24,000 nucleotides of DNA from contig NZ_JNIR01000003.1 of NCBI RefSeq assembly GCF_000702605.1, positions 51,523-75,522 on the forward strand. Direction: 5' to 3'. Origin of the DNA: Exiguobacterium acetylicum DSM 20416. Its GTDB lineage: Bacteria; Bacillota; Bacilli; Exiguobacteriales; Exiguobacteriaceae. The notes below the pieces were generated by a model. It was given only the letters and a program-made list of their open reading frames with translations, ran no database searches and was not told where the DNA came from. A program made the position numbers and the translations under genes. Of this stretch, positions 1 through 8,386 are shown piece after piece; the stretch's first letter is position 1; each line of letters opens with the position of its first letter.

Positions 1-12
1 TGGTTATACTAT

Positions 13-32
13 ATTCAAATAAACACTTGAAT
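13..32 (+). promoter_or_regulatory. putative CadC operator dyad (ATTCAA-N8-TTGAAT) in the cad promoter
   Basis: ATTCAAATAAACACTTGAAT lies between a TATACT -10-like hexamer (5-10) and the GGGGTGAG RBS of cadC. Position and dyad shape resemble the pI258 cad operator as I remember it. Confidence 0.5.
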
Positions 33-49
33 GATATTGGGGTGAGAAT

Positions 50-418
50 GTGATTAAGAAAGATACTTGTGAAATTTATTGTTATGACGAAGAAAAGGTC
101 AATCGAATACAAGGTAATTTACAGACAGTAGATATTTCTAGTGTTGCCCAAATGTTAAAAGCTATTGCAGATGAAAATAGAGCAAAAATTACCTATGCTT
201 TATGTCAAGATGACGAACTGTGTGTGTGTGATATAGCAAATATTATAGGTGTTACGGTTGCAAATGCCTCTCATCACCTGCGAACGCTCCATAAGCAAGG
301 GATTGTTAAGTTTCGAAAAGAGGGAAAACTTGCATTTTATTCATTAGATGATGAGCATATCAGACAAATTATGATGATTGCATTGGCACATAAGAAAGAG
401 GTGAAGATCAATGTCTAG
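50..418 (+). CDS. cadC: CadC, ArsR/SmtB-family Cd/Pb/Zn-responsive repressor
   Basis: 122-aa ORF with a GTG start behind a GGGGTGAG RBS. It has N-terminal metal-binding Cys ([11 protein letters not shown]), the CVCD site and an HTH ([15 protein letters not shown]). It is near-colinear with staphylococcal pI258 CadC as recalled. It overlaps cadA by 8 nt. Confidence 0.95.
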   Translation: MIKKDTCEIYCYDEEKVNRIQGNLQTVDISSVAQMLKAIADENRAKITYALCQDDELCVCDIANIIGVTVANASHHLRTLHKQGIVKFRKEGKLAFYSLDDEHIRQIMMIALAHKKEVKINV

Positions 419-2540
419 TGGGAAAGCAAAACTGTCTGAAGAAGAAATGAAAGCCTATCGTGTTCAAGGATTTACTTGTACTAACTGTGCAGCCATTTTT
501 GAAAATAATGTTAAAGAACTTCCCGGTGTTCAGGATGCGAAAGTAAATTTCGGAGCATCTAAAGTTTATGTTAAAGGGACGACAACCATTGAAGAATTAG
601 AAAAAGCAGGAGCATTTGAAAATTTAAAAATTCGAGATGAAAAAGAACAAAGGGTAGAACGAGAACCTTTTTGGAAGCAGAAAGAAAACATTAAGGTATA
701 TATATCAGCTCTTTTACTTGTAGTTAGCTGGTTCTTAGGAGAGCAGTATGGTGAAGAGCATGTTCTACCGACAATTGGTTATGCAGCGTCCATTTTAATC
801 GGTGGATATTCGTTATTCATTAAAGGTCTCAAAAATCTAAGCAGATTAAATTTCGATATGAATACGCTTATGACTATTGCAATTATAGGAGCTGCAATCA
901 TTGGTGAATGGGGTGAAGGGGCAACCGTTGTTATCCTATTTGCGATTAGTGAAGCATTAGAGCGTTATTCAATGGATAAAGCACGTCAATCTATTGAATC
1001 TTTAATGGATATTGCCCCAAAAGAAGCGTTAATTCGACGAGGCAATGAAGAAATGATGATTCATGTTGATGATATTCAAGTTGGAGACATCATGATTGTT
1101 AAGCCCGGTCAAAAGTTAGCAATGGATGGAATAGTGGTTAAAGGTACATCGACATTAAATCAGGCTGCGATTACAGGTGAAAGTGTTCCAGTAACGAAAA
1201 CCACAAATGATGAAGTATTTGCAGGAACCTTGAATGAAGAAGGGTTACTTGAGGTTAAAGTAACAAAACGAGTTGAAGATACTACTCTTTCAAAAATCAT
1301 TCACTTGGTAGAAGAAGCCCAAGCAGAACGGGCCCCTTCTCAAGCGTTTGTCGATAAATTTGCAAAATACTATACACCAGCTATTGTCATACTTGCTCTT
1401 TTAATTGCGGTAGTTCCACCATTATTTGGCGGAGACTGGAGCCAATGGATTTATCAAGGCTTAGCTGTATTAGTGGTTGGTTGTCCTTGTGCCTTAGTAG
1501 TCTCAACTCCAGTTGCTGTGGTTACAGCAATAGGAAATGCAGCGAAAAATGGTGTTTTAATTAAAGGTGGTATCCATTTAGAAGAAGCAGGACACTTAAA
1601 AGCGATAGCCTTTGATAAAACAGGAACATTAACCAAAGGGATTCCTGCTGTAACAGACATTGTGACATATGGTAGAAATGAAAATGAATTAATGACCATA
1701 ACAGCAGCCATTGAAAAAGGATCACAGCACCCTCTTGCTTCAGCGATTATGCGAAAAGCAGAAGAAAATGGATTAAAATTCAACGAAGTAACAGTAGAGG
1801 ATTTTCAATCCATTACAGGTAAAGGCGTTAAAGCCAAAATAAATAATGAAATGTATTATGTGGGAAGTCCAAATCTTTTTGAGGAATTACACGGAAGCAT
1901 TTCAAGCGATAGGAAAGAAAAAATTGCCGATATGCAAACTCAAGGTAAAACGGTGATGGTGTTAGGAACAGAAAAAGAAATTCTTTCGTTTATTGCCGTA
2001 GCCGATGAAATGAGGGAATCGTCTAAAGAAGTTATCGGCAAGTTGAACAATATGGGAATCGAAACAGTGATGCTAACAGGCGATAACCAAAGAACGGCAA
2101 CAGCCATCGGAAAACAAGTTGGTGTTTCGGATATTAAAGCTGACTTACTTCCAGAAGATAAGCTAAATTTTATTAAAGAACTTCGAGAAAAACATCAAAG
2201 TGTGGGGATGGTCGGAGATGGCGTGAATGATGCTCCAGCCCTTGCGGCATCTACCGTTGGTGTAGCAATGGGTGGTGCTGGAACTGATACAGCTTTAGAA
2301 ACGGCTGACATCGCCTTAATGTCTGATGATTTGAGTAAATTGCCATATACAATAAAATTAAGCCGTAAGGCTTTAGCAATCATCAAGCAAAACATTACCT
2401 TCTCTTTGGCGATTAAATTAGTGGCATTACTTTTGGTCATGCCCGGTTGGTTAACACTTTGGATAGCTATATTTGCTGATATGGGAGCAACTTTACTTGT
2501 AACATTAAACAGTTTACGCTTATTGAAAATCAAAGAATAG
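411..2540 (+). CDS. cadA: CadA, cadmium/zinc-translocating P1B-type ATPase
   Basis: 709 aa. Motifs seen: HMA domain with CTNC, TGES, transmembrane CPC ([12 protein letters not shown]), phosphorylation site DKTGTLT, and hinge [10 protein letters not shown]. Confidence 0.95.
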   Translation: MSSGKAKLSEEEMKAYRVQGFTCTNCAAIFENNVKELPGVQDAKVNFGASKVYVKGTTTIEELEKAGAFENLKIRDEKEQRVEREPFWKQKENIKVYISALLLVVSWFLGEQYGEEHVLPTIGYAASILIGGYSLFIKGLKNLSRLNFDMNTLMTIAIIGAAIIGEWGEGATVVILFAISEALERYSMDKARQSIESLMDIAPKEALIRRGNEEMMIHVDDIQVGDIMIVKPGQKLAMDGIVVKGTSTLNQAAITGESVPVTKTTNDEVFAGTLNEEGLLEVKVTKRVEDTTLSKIIHLVEEAQAERAPSQAFVDKFAKYYTPAIVILALLIAVVPPLFGGDWSQWIYQGLAVLVVGCPCALVVSTPVAVVTAIGNAAKNGVLIKGGIHLEEAGHLKAIAFDKTGTLTKGIPAVTDIVTYGRNENELMTITAAIEKGSQHPLASAIMRKAEENGLKFNEVTVEDFQSITGKGVKAKINNEMYYVGSPNLFEELHGSISSDRKEKIADMQTQGKTVMVLGTEKEILSFIAVADEMRESSKEVIGKLNNMGIETVMLTGDNQRTATAIGKQVGVSDIKADLLPEDKLNFIKELREKHQSVGMVGDGVNDAPALAASTVGVAMGGAGTDTALETADIALMSDDLSKLPYTIKLSRKALAIIKQNITFSLAIKLVALLLVMPGWLTLWIAIFADMGATLLVTLNSLRLLKIKE

Positions 2541-2651
2541 GTTCTAAAATGGGCGTCAACTATCGGGTGCGATCATTGAAAACAATGTTATGCTTCAAAA
2601 GGGATATTAACAGGAAATATACAACTAAAGGACGCTTTAACTGAGCAACGG

Positions 2652-2695
2652 AAAAAGCCAAATTTCTCAATTGATGTTGAGAAATTTGGCTTTTT
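2652..2695. terminator. rho-independent (bidirectional-looking) terminator after cadA
   Basis: AAAAAGCCAAATTTCTCAA-ttgatg-TTGAGAAATTTGGCTTTTT forms a perfect 14-bp GC-containing stem flanked by an A-run and a T-run. Confidence 0.8.
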
Positions 2696-2709
2696 AGTAT
2701 GGGAATTTC

Positions 2710-2747
2710 CTTAGCATTGTAAATCCGCATTTTCCTGACGCTACCCC
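2710..2747 (-). repeat. 38-bp Tn3-family terminal inverted repeat (Tn1546-like), outer end at 2747
   Basis: The reverse complement reads GGGGTAGCGTCAGGAAAATGCGGATTTACAATGCTAAG. It has the GGGG start and TAAG end typical of Tn3-family IRs. It is one mismatch from the Tn1546 IR segment GGAAAATGCGGATTTACAACGCTAAG as I recall it. Confidence 0.8.
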
Positions 2748-3724
2748 TTATAGAACCACTCTCCCCAACTACCAAGTTGGAGTAAAGGTGGGACGATCAT
2801 CAGCAACAATGCACCTAGGAAGACGAACGGTGTATACACTTTCGCGAAACGATCAATGAACGCTTCACTCGGTGCTTTATTATCCTGCGCTTCCTCGACC
2901 AGTTCAATGATGTGCGCAAGCGTCGTCTCTTGATACGTCTTCTCGACGATCATGTCGAACGAACGATCCATGTTGAGCGTTCCGGCAAATACGTGATCGC
3001 CTTCCTTCTTATCGACAGGAATCGATTCGCCCGTGATCGGTGCTTGATTGATGGTCGTCGTCCCGTTCAAGATCGTGCCGTCCAGTGCAACCTGATCACC
3101 TGGTCGAATCCGGAGGATTTCTCCGACTCGCACCGCTTCCACCGGTTTACGTCTAACGTCCCCGTCCGTCAGCACGAAGGCTTCCTTCGGAGACAGTTCG
3201 ATCAGTTTCTGAATGGAATTGCGCGTCCGCGCAAGGGAGCGATTCTGAAGCAAATTGCCGATGGCAAAGAGGAAGACGACGGTCGCTCCCTCGAGCCACT
3301 CCCCGATACATGCGGCACCGATGGCTGCTACGCTCATCAATACTTTCATGTCGAGTGAGCGGGCACGGACGGCATAATAGGCACTCCGGAAAACTCTCCC
3401 CCCACTGAGGATCAAGGCGATACCGTACAAAACATTCGGAAGATACGCCACTCCGCTCGTTTGGATGAGCAATCCCAGACCAATCAAAATCCCGGACAGG
3501 ATCAAGGAGATCCCCTCGAACGACCGGACCGGTGCCTCGGACGTTTTCTTTCCCTTGACGTATCCATCGAAACCGATCTTGTTCAGCTCGCTTTGGACTT
3601 GTCGAGCATCCAGCTGATGGTCGATTTCCATCTCCCCACGGGCAAACGAAACTGTGACGGTCTGGACATTTTGCATCTTTTGAAAGTGTTGTTCGATCGT
3701 CTTAGCACAGCTACTACAGTCCAT
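2741..3724 (-). pseudogene. 5' remnant of a resident heavy-metal (Zn/Cd/Pb-type) P1B-ATPase, truncated by the transposon end
   Basis: 327 aa. It has an HMA motif (GMDCSSCA), TM helices, TGES and the KAPSEAFIDRFAKVYTP region. It stops at ...WFYKG, equivalent to WIYQG in the intact CadA just before the CPC helix. The last Gly codon and the stop are supplied by the IR. CPC, DKTGT and GDGxNDxP are all missing. Confidence 0.85.
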
Positions 3725-3783
3725 CCCGGAAACGGTGAATGTTTGGACGAGCTGATCTGATTTATCGGGAAGGGGCGGAAGCG

Positions 3784-4881
3784 ATGACCGCGCTCTATCT
3801 GATCGGCGATACGCTCCTCTACGGTTGTCTTGCGCTGTTGATCGGTTTCTTTTCCGTCCATCTCATCCCTCGTTCTTACCGACCTGACGTATCGCTTTCA
3901 ATCCGCTGGGTTCGCATGCTCATCGTGCTGATGCTGTTATCCTTTTCCCTGTCCGTCTTACGAATCGTACTGTATTTATATGAAGAGATCGGTTTTTGGA
4001 TAACACTGCAATCCGTGTTACTTACATTCGAGGCAGGGAACGCTTGGATTCTGATGGCTCTCTGGAGTGTACTCCTTCTCATCGTCATCAATCGTGCATC
4101 ACTCAGTCCTGGACGTATAAAACTAGGAGTATTCCTTGTTATGGCGATGGTCGTTACGTTCGCGTGGTCCGGGCACGCCTCTAGCATCAAAGGGGCAGAA
4201 GGCATGCTCGTACATTCTATTCACGCACTCGCCGTCTTCATCTGGACCGGTGGATTGCTCATGCTCGGCTTTTGGAGTCCATCAGACCGTAACTGGGGCA
4301 TCTTCCTCGAATGGTTCAAACCACTCGTGACGCTATGTTTCTTACTAATCGTCGGTTCCGGCATCTATCTGATGTCTGTCGTCGTGCAGGTAGAGGAGTA
4401 TTCCGATTCCTGGATTTTACCGTATGGACAAGCCTTACTCTGGAAACACGTCCTGATTCTACCCGTGCTGATCATCGGTATCATGAACGGGAAGTGGAGT
4501 TACGCGTCTCCTGAACGATCGTTTGAAGTCCGACGGATGCGGATGCGCATGGAAGGCATCTTGATCCTGCTTCTCTTCACAGCGACTGCGTGGCTCGGTC
4601 AACAGGAACCCCCTCACTCGATCAAGGATACTCTTCAATCCAGCGGGGCTGGTCCACTGTCAGGGTTTCTTTTCCCTAGCTTGCGTTTCACCTATTCTGA
4701 TATCCGGTTCGAGCCGACCATGATATCCCTCTTCTTGATGGCAATCAGCCTCCTTTTCGTGGGATTGTTGGTGTACGTCATCCGATCAACCCAAGACTCC
4801 ATCAAGACCCTCTATCTTGGATTAGGCGTCTCGATCTCATTATTTTTCGCAGCGTTGTATAGTATTTCCGTGTATTTATGA
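3784..4881 (+). CDS. CopD-family polytopic membrane protein (putative copper resistance/export)
   Basis: The ORF 3739-4881 has about 10 hydrophobic segments. It carries a SGHASS motif and HSIHALAVFIWTGGLL, resembling the CopD/YcnJ C-terminal family. I prefer the ATG at 3784, preceded by GAAGGGGCGGAAGCG, over the ATG at 3739. Confidence 0.6.
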   Translation: MTALYLIGDTLLYGCLALLIGFFSVHLIPRSYRPDVSLSIRWVRMLIVLMLLSFSLSVLRIVLYLYEEIGFWITLQSVLLTFEAGNAWILMALWSVLLLIVINRASLSPGRIKLGVFLVMAMVVTFAWSGHASSIKGAEGMLVHSIHALAVFIWTGGLLMLGFWSPSDRNWGIFLEWFKPLVTLCFLLIVGSGIYLMSVVVQVEEYSDSWILPYGQALLWKHVLILPVLIIGIMNGKWSYASPERSFEVRRMRMRMEGILILLLFTATAWLGQQEPPHSIKDTLQSSGAGPLSGFLFPSLRFTYSDIRFEPTMISLFLMAISLLFVGLLVYVIRSTQDSIKTLYLGLGVSISLFFAALYSISVYL

Positions 4882-5043
4882 TCCTCCACATGAGCATTTC
4901 AGCGTGTGCGACGTCTTATACAAAAAGAAAGGCATGCGATACAGCAGTCTTTCTTTTTTCATACTTATTCATCATTTTCATACTAGTTATAACAGGTTCA
5001 ATCCTATTTTAAATCGGTGCCATTTCTAGACTACTACTGGAAT

Positions 5044-5063
5044 ATGTATTACAATGTATTACA
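5044..5063 (+). promoter_or_regulatory. tandem 10-bp direct repeat (ATGTATTACA x2), putative antitoxin operator
   Basis: Two perfect adjacent copies, each containing the dyad TGTA-T-TACA, abut the AAGGAG RBS (5064-5069) of the antitoxin gene. Confidence 0.45.
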
Positions 5064-5078
5064 AAGGAGCTGATAATC

Positions 5079-5303
5079 ATGAGTACCATTTCCGTACGTC
5101 TGGATGACCAGGATACACGACTCATCAAAGAATATGCGAAGGCAAAAAACATCACGATTTCTACACTCGTTCGCGATGCCGTCCTCGACCGCATCGAAGA
5201 CGAAATCGATTTACAACTCTATCATGATTCGATGGCAGCACACCGTAAAAAATCAGAAGCGATCTCTTTCGACGATATGATGAAGGAACTTGATTTAGAA
5301 TGA
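5079..5303 (+). CDS. RelB/DinJ-like ribbon-helix-helix antitoxin
   Basis: 74 aa. The N-terminal RHH-like segment is STISVRLDDQDTRLIKEYAKAKNITISTLVRDAV and the tail is acidic. Its stop overlaps the toxin start (ATGA at 5300-5303). Confidence 0.8.
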   Translation: MSTISVRLDDQDTRLIKEYAKAKNITISTLVRDAVLDRIEDEIDLQLYHDSMAAHRKKSEAISFDDMMKELDLE

Positions 5304-5569
5304 CAGCATTTACGGTAGAGTTTGAGCGCGGAGCTCAAAAGTCTCTCAAGAAGATGGATCCTCAACAAGCGCGGATCATCATGTCCTGGATCAAGAAGAA
5401 TCTGGTCGGGACGGATGATCCGCGTCGTCATGGTAAAGGACTCGTCTCGAATCGCTCGGGTGAATGGCGGTATCGCATCGGTGATTATCGTCTGATTACT
5501 GACATTCAAGATGAAAAAGTCGTGATTTTGATTCTCGAGATCGGGCATCGTCGTGATATCTATAAATAA
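5300..5569 (+). CDS. RelE/ParE-family mRNA-interferase toxin
   Basis: 89 aa with a RelE-like signature (WRYRIGDYRLITDIQDEKVVILILEIGHRRDIY). It is translationally coupled to the upstream antitoxin. Confidence 0.85.
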   Translation: MTAFTVEFERGAQKSLKKMDPQQARIIMSWIKKNLVGTDDPRRHGKGLVSNRSGEWRYRIGDYRLITDIQDEKVVILILEIGHRRDIYK

Positions 5570-5578
5570 GACAGGTAG

Positions 5579-5617
5579 AACTCACATCTGAGGAAATATG
5601 TGAGTTTTCTTTTTTTT
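5579..5617 (+). terminator. rho-independent terminator of the TA operon
   Basis: AACTCACAT (5579-5587) pairs perfectly with ATGTGAGTT (5598-5606) and is followed by TTCTTTTTTTT. Confidence 0.75.
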
Positions 5618-5825
5618 GTTTTTAAAACGACCGTTATGTATACAAAAATGATTATTCTCTCACAATGATGTATCTAGCTGATTAATTGTGCTATTAAGAG
5701 TTCTATAAACTCATCTTTTTATCAATGTGCTTTAAATAACCTAGAATACGTATTTACGATAAAAATTTATTTTTTGAATAGTGTTTCGTCCAACCGTTGT
5801 TAGTCAAAAAATATAAAAGTCTTTT

Positions 5826-5883
5826 CAGAGCTCCAATCAGTCTTTTTCAAACAACTGTATGAAAAAGACTGATTGGAGCTCTG
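5826..5883. repeat. perfect 23-bp inverted repeat with a 12-nt loop
   Basis: CAGAGCTCCAATCAGTCTTTTTC (5826-5848) and GAAAAAGACTGATTGGAGCTCTG (5861-5883) are exact reverse complements. Neither strand has a trailing U-run. Confidence 0.9.
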
Positions 5884-5979
5884 CATTAATCTTCTGATTA
5901 ATATCGCTTAAAGTAGATTTCTTTTTATCTATCTAGTTATCCTCAATTATGTTCGTAAAGACAGCTCTAAAAATCATAG

Positions 5980-6025
5980 AGAAAGGCGTATACATTTCGA
6001 TGTCGAAATATGTATACGCCTTTCT
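5980..6025. repeat. palindromic element copy A (hairpin; probable terminator downstream of the GntR gene)
   Basis: The hairpin is AGAAAGGC-GTATACATTTCGATGTCGAAATATGTATAC-GCCTTTCT. Its core recurs inverted at 12427-12454. Confidence 0.7.
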
Positions 6026-6106
6026 TATTAATCATCATCGAACGCTCTAATAGCATCTTTCAAGTTCAACCAGAACGAAAAAGTTCATCTACTTGCCCAT
6101 CATCCT

Positions 6107-6835
6107 TCATCGACCGATGTGAACGGAAGTGAAGACGAACTTATCGTAACGGTTCCTCGAGAACGAGTACTCGAACGGCTTCCCGTTCCCGAGGAAGACG
6201 ACTTGCTCGACCTCGATGATTGGATCGGTATCCTCGTTCCCGAGATAATCGCGGTCCCACTGGTTCGGTTTATCCGCGCGAATCATCTTGTGTGAGCTCG
6301 TAATCGTGTAACCGAGGTCTTCCTGGATGTATCGATAGATTGAACTATCGAGGACCTCCTTCGTCACACCAGTGATCAACGAGGAGGGCATGAACGTATG
6401 CTCGATCACGTAAGGTTCGTCATCAACATAACGGACGCGCCGGATTTCATAGACGGGATCGGTCTTCTCGATCATCAGGTGACGGGCGACCTCCGTATCC
6501 GGGAAGCGCACCTCGAACTGGAGGACCTCACTCCTGACGGTCCGCTCACCGAGCAGCTTCGTCAACCCTTGGAATTCTTTGTTCAACACGTTGATTCTAC
6601 CCTGTGAGAAGCTCGAAGGCAGGATGAAGGTCCCCTGTCCTCGCTGGCGATAGATGATGCCTTCCGATACTAGGATTTCGAGGGCCCGCTTCATCGTCAT
6701 CCGGCTGACTGCGAACTCCTCCGCGAGTTGGATCTCGTCCGGCATTGCTTCCTCGACATCATAACCTCCGTTAAGGATTCGTCCGCGCAGTTCATCTGCG
6801 ATTTTCTCATACTTTGGTTTCTTTTTAGTAGACAT
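6107..6835 (-). CDS. gmuR: GntR/HutC-family transcriptional regulator with UTRA effector domain (GmuR-like)
   Basis: 242 aa. The N-terminal wHTH is YEKIADELRGRILNGGY...LAEEFAVSRMTMKRALEILVSEGIIYRQRGQGTF and the C-terminal part is UTRA-like. It is the last gene of a gmuBACDR-ordered cluster. Confidence 0.8.
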   Translation of the reverse strand: MSTKKKPKYEKIADELRGRILNGGYDVEEAMPDEIQLAEEFAVSRMTMKRALEILVSEGIIYRQRGQGTFILPSSFSQGRINVLNKEFQGLTKLLGERTVRSEVLQFEVRFPDTEVARHLMIEKTDPVYEIRRVRYVDDEPYVIEHTFMPSSLITGVTKEVLDSSIYRYIQEDLGYTITSSHKMIRADKPNQWDRDYLGNEDTDPIIEVEQVVFLGNGKPFEYSFSRNRYDKFVFTSVHIGR

Positions 6836-6846
6836 GATTACACCCC

Positions 6847-6858
6847 ATGTATAGACAT
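6847..6858. promoter_or_regulatory. putative HutC-type operator ATGTATAGACAT (GT-n-TA-n-AC core)
   Basis: This perfect 12-bp palindrome lies 12 nt upstream of the GntR start. An 11/12 copy sits in the operon promoter at 10432-10443. Confidence 0.45.
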
Positions 6859-6873
6859 ATACGTATAATATAA

Positions 6874-6915
6874 CAAAAAAGGATGACCAGGGCTAGATAT
6901 ACCCTGATCATCCTT
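6874..6915 (-). terminator. rho-independent terminator or attenuator between the GH1 gene and the GntR gene
   Basis: On the minus strand AAGGATGATCAGGG...CCCTGGTCATCCTT forms a stem with one mismatch, followed by TTTTTT. It starts 3 nt after the GH1 stop. Confidence 0.6.
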
Positions 6916-6917
6916 CC

Positions 6918-8339
6918 TCATCTCACGAACCCCTTCTCTTCGATCACGCGCTTGAACCAATGACCACTCTTCTTGACCGTCCGGCCCTGACTCGTAAGGT
7001 CCACGCCGACGAAGCCGTAGCGATTCTTGTAGGCGTTACTCCAAGACCAGTTGTCCATGAAGGTCCAGAGGTGATAGCCCTTGACGTTCGAACCTTCCTC
7101 CATGGCCAGATGCACCCACTTCAGGTGCTCCGCGATGAAGTCAATCCGGTAATCGTCCTGGATGCTGCCGTCCGCATCACGATAGCGTTCCTCCCCTTCG
7201 ACCCCCATCCCGTTCTCCGAGATGAAGCACTCGATGTTCCCGTAGTTCTCACGAAGGTTCGTCAGGATGTCATAGACGCCCTTCTCGTAGATCTCCCAGC
7301 CACGATGACGGTTCATCTTCCGCCCTGGCATCTCATAGTAGTCGAACAGGTGCTCCGGCATGAACGGTGCCTTCGGGTTCGGAAGATGTTCCTTCACCTT
7401 GATCCGTCTCGGCTGATAATAGTTGATGCCGAGCAGGTCGACCGTGTGGGTCGCGATCTTCTGTCGATCCAGTTCCTCCATCAGAGGAAGCGCATCCTGT
7501 TCCTTCAACAGGTCTATCAACTCTGACGGGAATGTCCCGAGGACGGACGGGTCCAGGAAGGAACGGTTGAACAAGATGTCCGCCAGATGAGCGGCATGAA
7601 GGTCCGCCTCGTTCCGGCTTCTCGGATAAGACGGCGTCAGGTTGAGGATGATGCCGATCTTACCAGCCTGGCCCGACTCCTTATACGCCTCGATGGCCAA
7701 GGCACTCGACAAGATCGAATGATAGGCGACCTGGACGGCGCGCTTGAAATCCACCACGTTCGGATAATGGAAGTCGTACAGATAGCCCCCCTCGACCGGG
7801 ACGATCGGTTCGTTGTGCGTGAACCATTTCGTCACGCGGTCCCCGAACAGCTCGAAGCAGACCTTGGCATAGTCGACGTAACGTGCGACGACGTCCCGGC
7901 TCTCCCAGCCACCTTGATGCTGCAACGCGAGCGGCATGTCGAAGTGGTACAGGTTGACGAAGGGCTCGATGCCGGACTGGATCAGCTCGTCAATCACGCG
8001 ATTGTAGAAGTCGACTGCCTGGGGATTGACCTCCCCTTCCCCGGTCGGGAACAGACGGGACCAGGAGATCGACATCCGGAACGAGTTGTGACCGAGTTCC
8101 TTCATCAGGGCGATGTCCTCTTTGTACTGGTGATAGAAGTCGGATGCCACCGTCGCACCGACTCCGTCGAAGAAACGATTCGGCTCCTGCTCGTACCAGT
8201 GGTCCCAGATATTCGGTCCCTTCCCTCCCTCATACGCAGCGCCTTCCATCTGCGTCGCGGATGCGGCCGTCCCCCACCAGAAGTCGGTCGGGAAGGTATA
8301 CTTCTTCTCCTGCACGGTCGTGTTCTCTGTCTGATTCAT
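6918..8339 (-). CDS. gmuD: GH1 6-phospho-beta-glucosidase (GmuD-like)
   Basis: GH1 signatures are present: FWWGTAASATQMEG, acid/base TxNEP (FTHNEPIV) and nucleophile ENG (ISENGMG). The ORF track starts at a GTG at 8348. I prefer the ATG at 8339. Confidence 0.9.
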   Translation of the reverse strand: MNQTENTTVQEKKYTFPTDFWWGTAASATQMEGAAYEGGKGPNIWDHWYEQEPNRFFDGVGATVASDFYHQYKEDIALMKELGHNSFRMSISWSRLFPTGEGEVNPQAVDFYNRVIDELIQSGIEPFVNLYHFDMPLALQHQGGWESRDVVARYVDYAKVCFELFGDRVTKWFTHNEPIVPVEGGYLYDFHYPNVVDFKRAVQVAYHSILSSALAIEAYKESGQAGKIGIILNLTPSYPRSRNEADLHAAHLADILFNRSFLDPSVLGTFPSELIDLLKEQDALPLMEELDRQKIATHTVDLLGINYYQPRRIKVKEHLPNPKAPFMPEHLFDYYEMPGRKMNRHRGWEIYEKGVYDILTNLRENYGNIECFISENGMGVEGEERYRDADGSIQDDYRIDFIAEHLKWVHLAMEEGSNVKGYHLWTFMDNWSWSNAYKNRYGFVGVDLTSQGRTVKKSGHWFKRVIEEKGFVR

Positions 8340-8386
8340 CCTATGCACATCCTATCTATAGTTGTTTTTCACTCAACCGACGTCGT

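Larger units (their letters stand above)
1..2747. mobile_element. right-hand arm of a Tn3-family transposon carrying cadC-cadA (partial; the rest lies left of the window)
   Basis: This low-GC block ends precisely at a 38-bp GGGG...TAAG terminal inverted repeat (2710-2747). Its cargo is cadCA. The DNA turns GC-rich at 2748 and encodes an interrupted gene. Confidence 0.75.

Noticed and set aside
1454-2533. ORFs 1454-1783(-) and 2195-2533(-) antisense to cadA
   Set aside because: They lie entirely inside the well-supported cadA ORF and have no RBS or recognisable motifs.
2560-2775. 71-aa ORF on the minus strand spanning the cadA terminator and the transposon IR
   Set aside because: It reads through a perfect terminator hairpin and the 38-bp IR, crossing the insertion junction. 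It is an artefact of juxtaposition.
2912-4514. ORFs 2912-3358(+), 3461-3760(+), 3583-3861(-), 3876-4205(-), 3996-4184(+), 4136-4330(+), 4311-4514(+)
   Set aside because: They overlap the ATPase remnant or the CopD-like gene in other frames. They have no start context and their composition is typical of out-of-frame GC-rich sequence.
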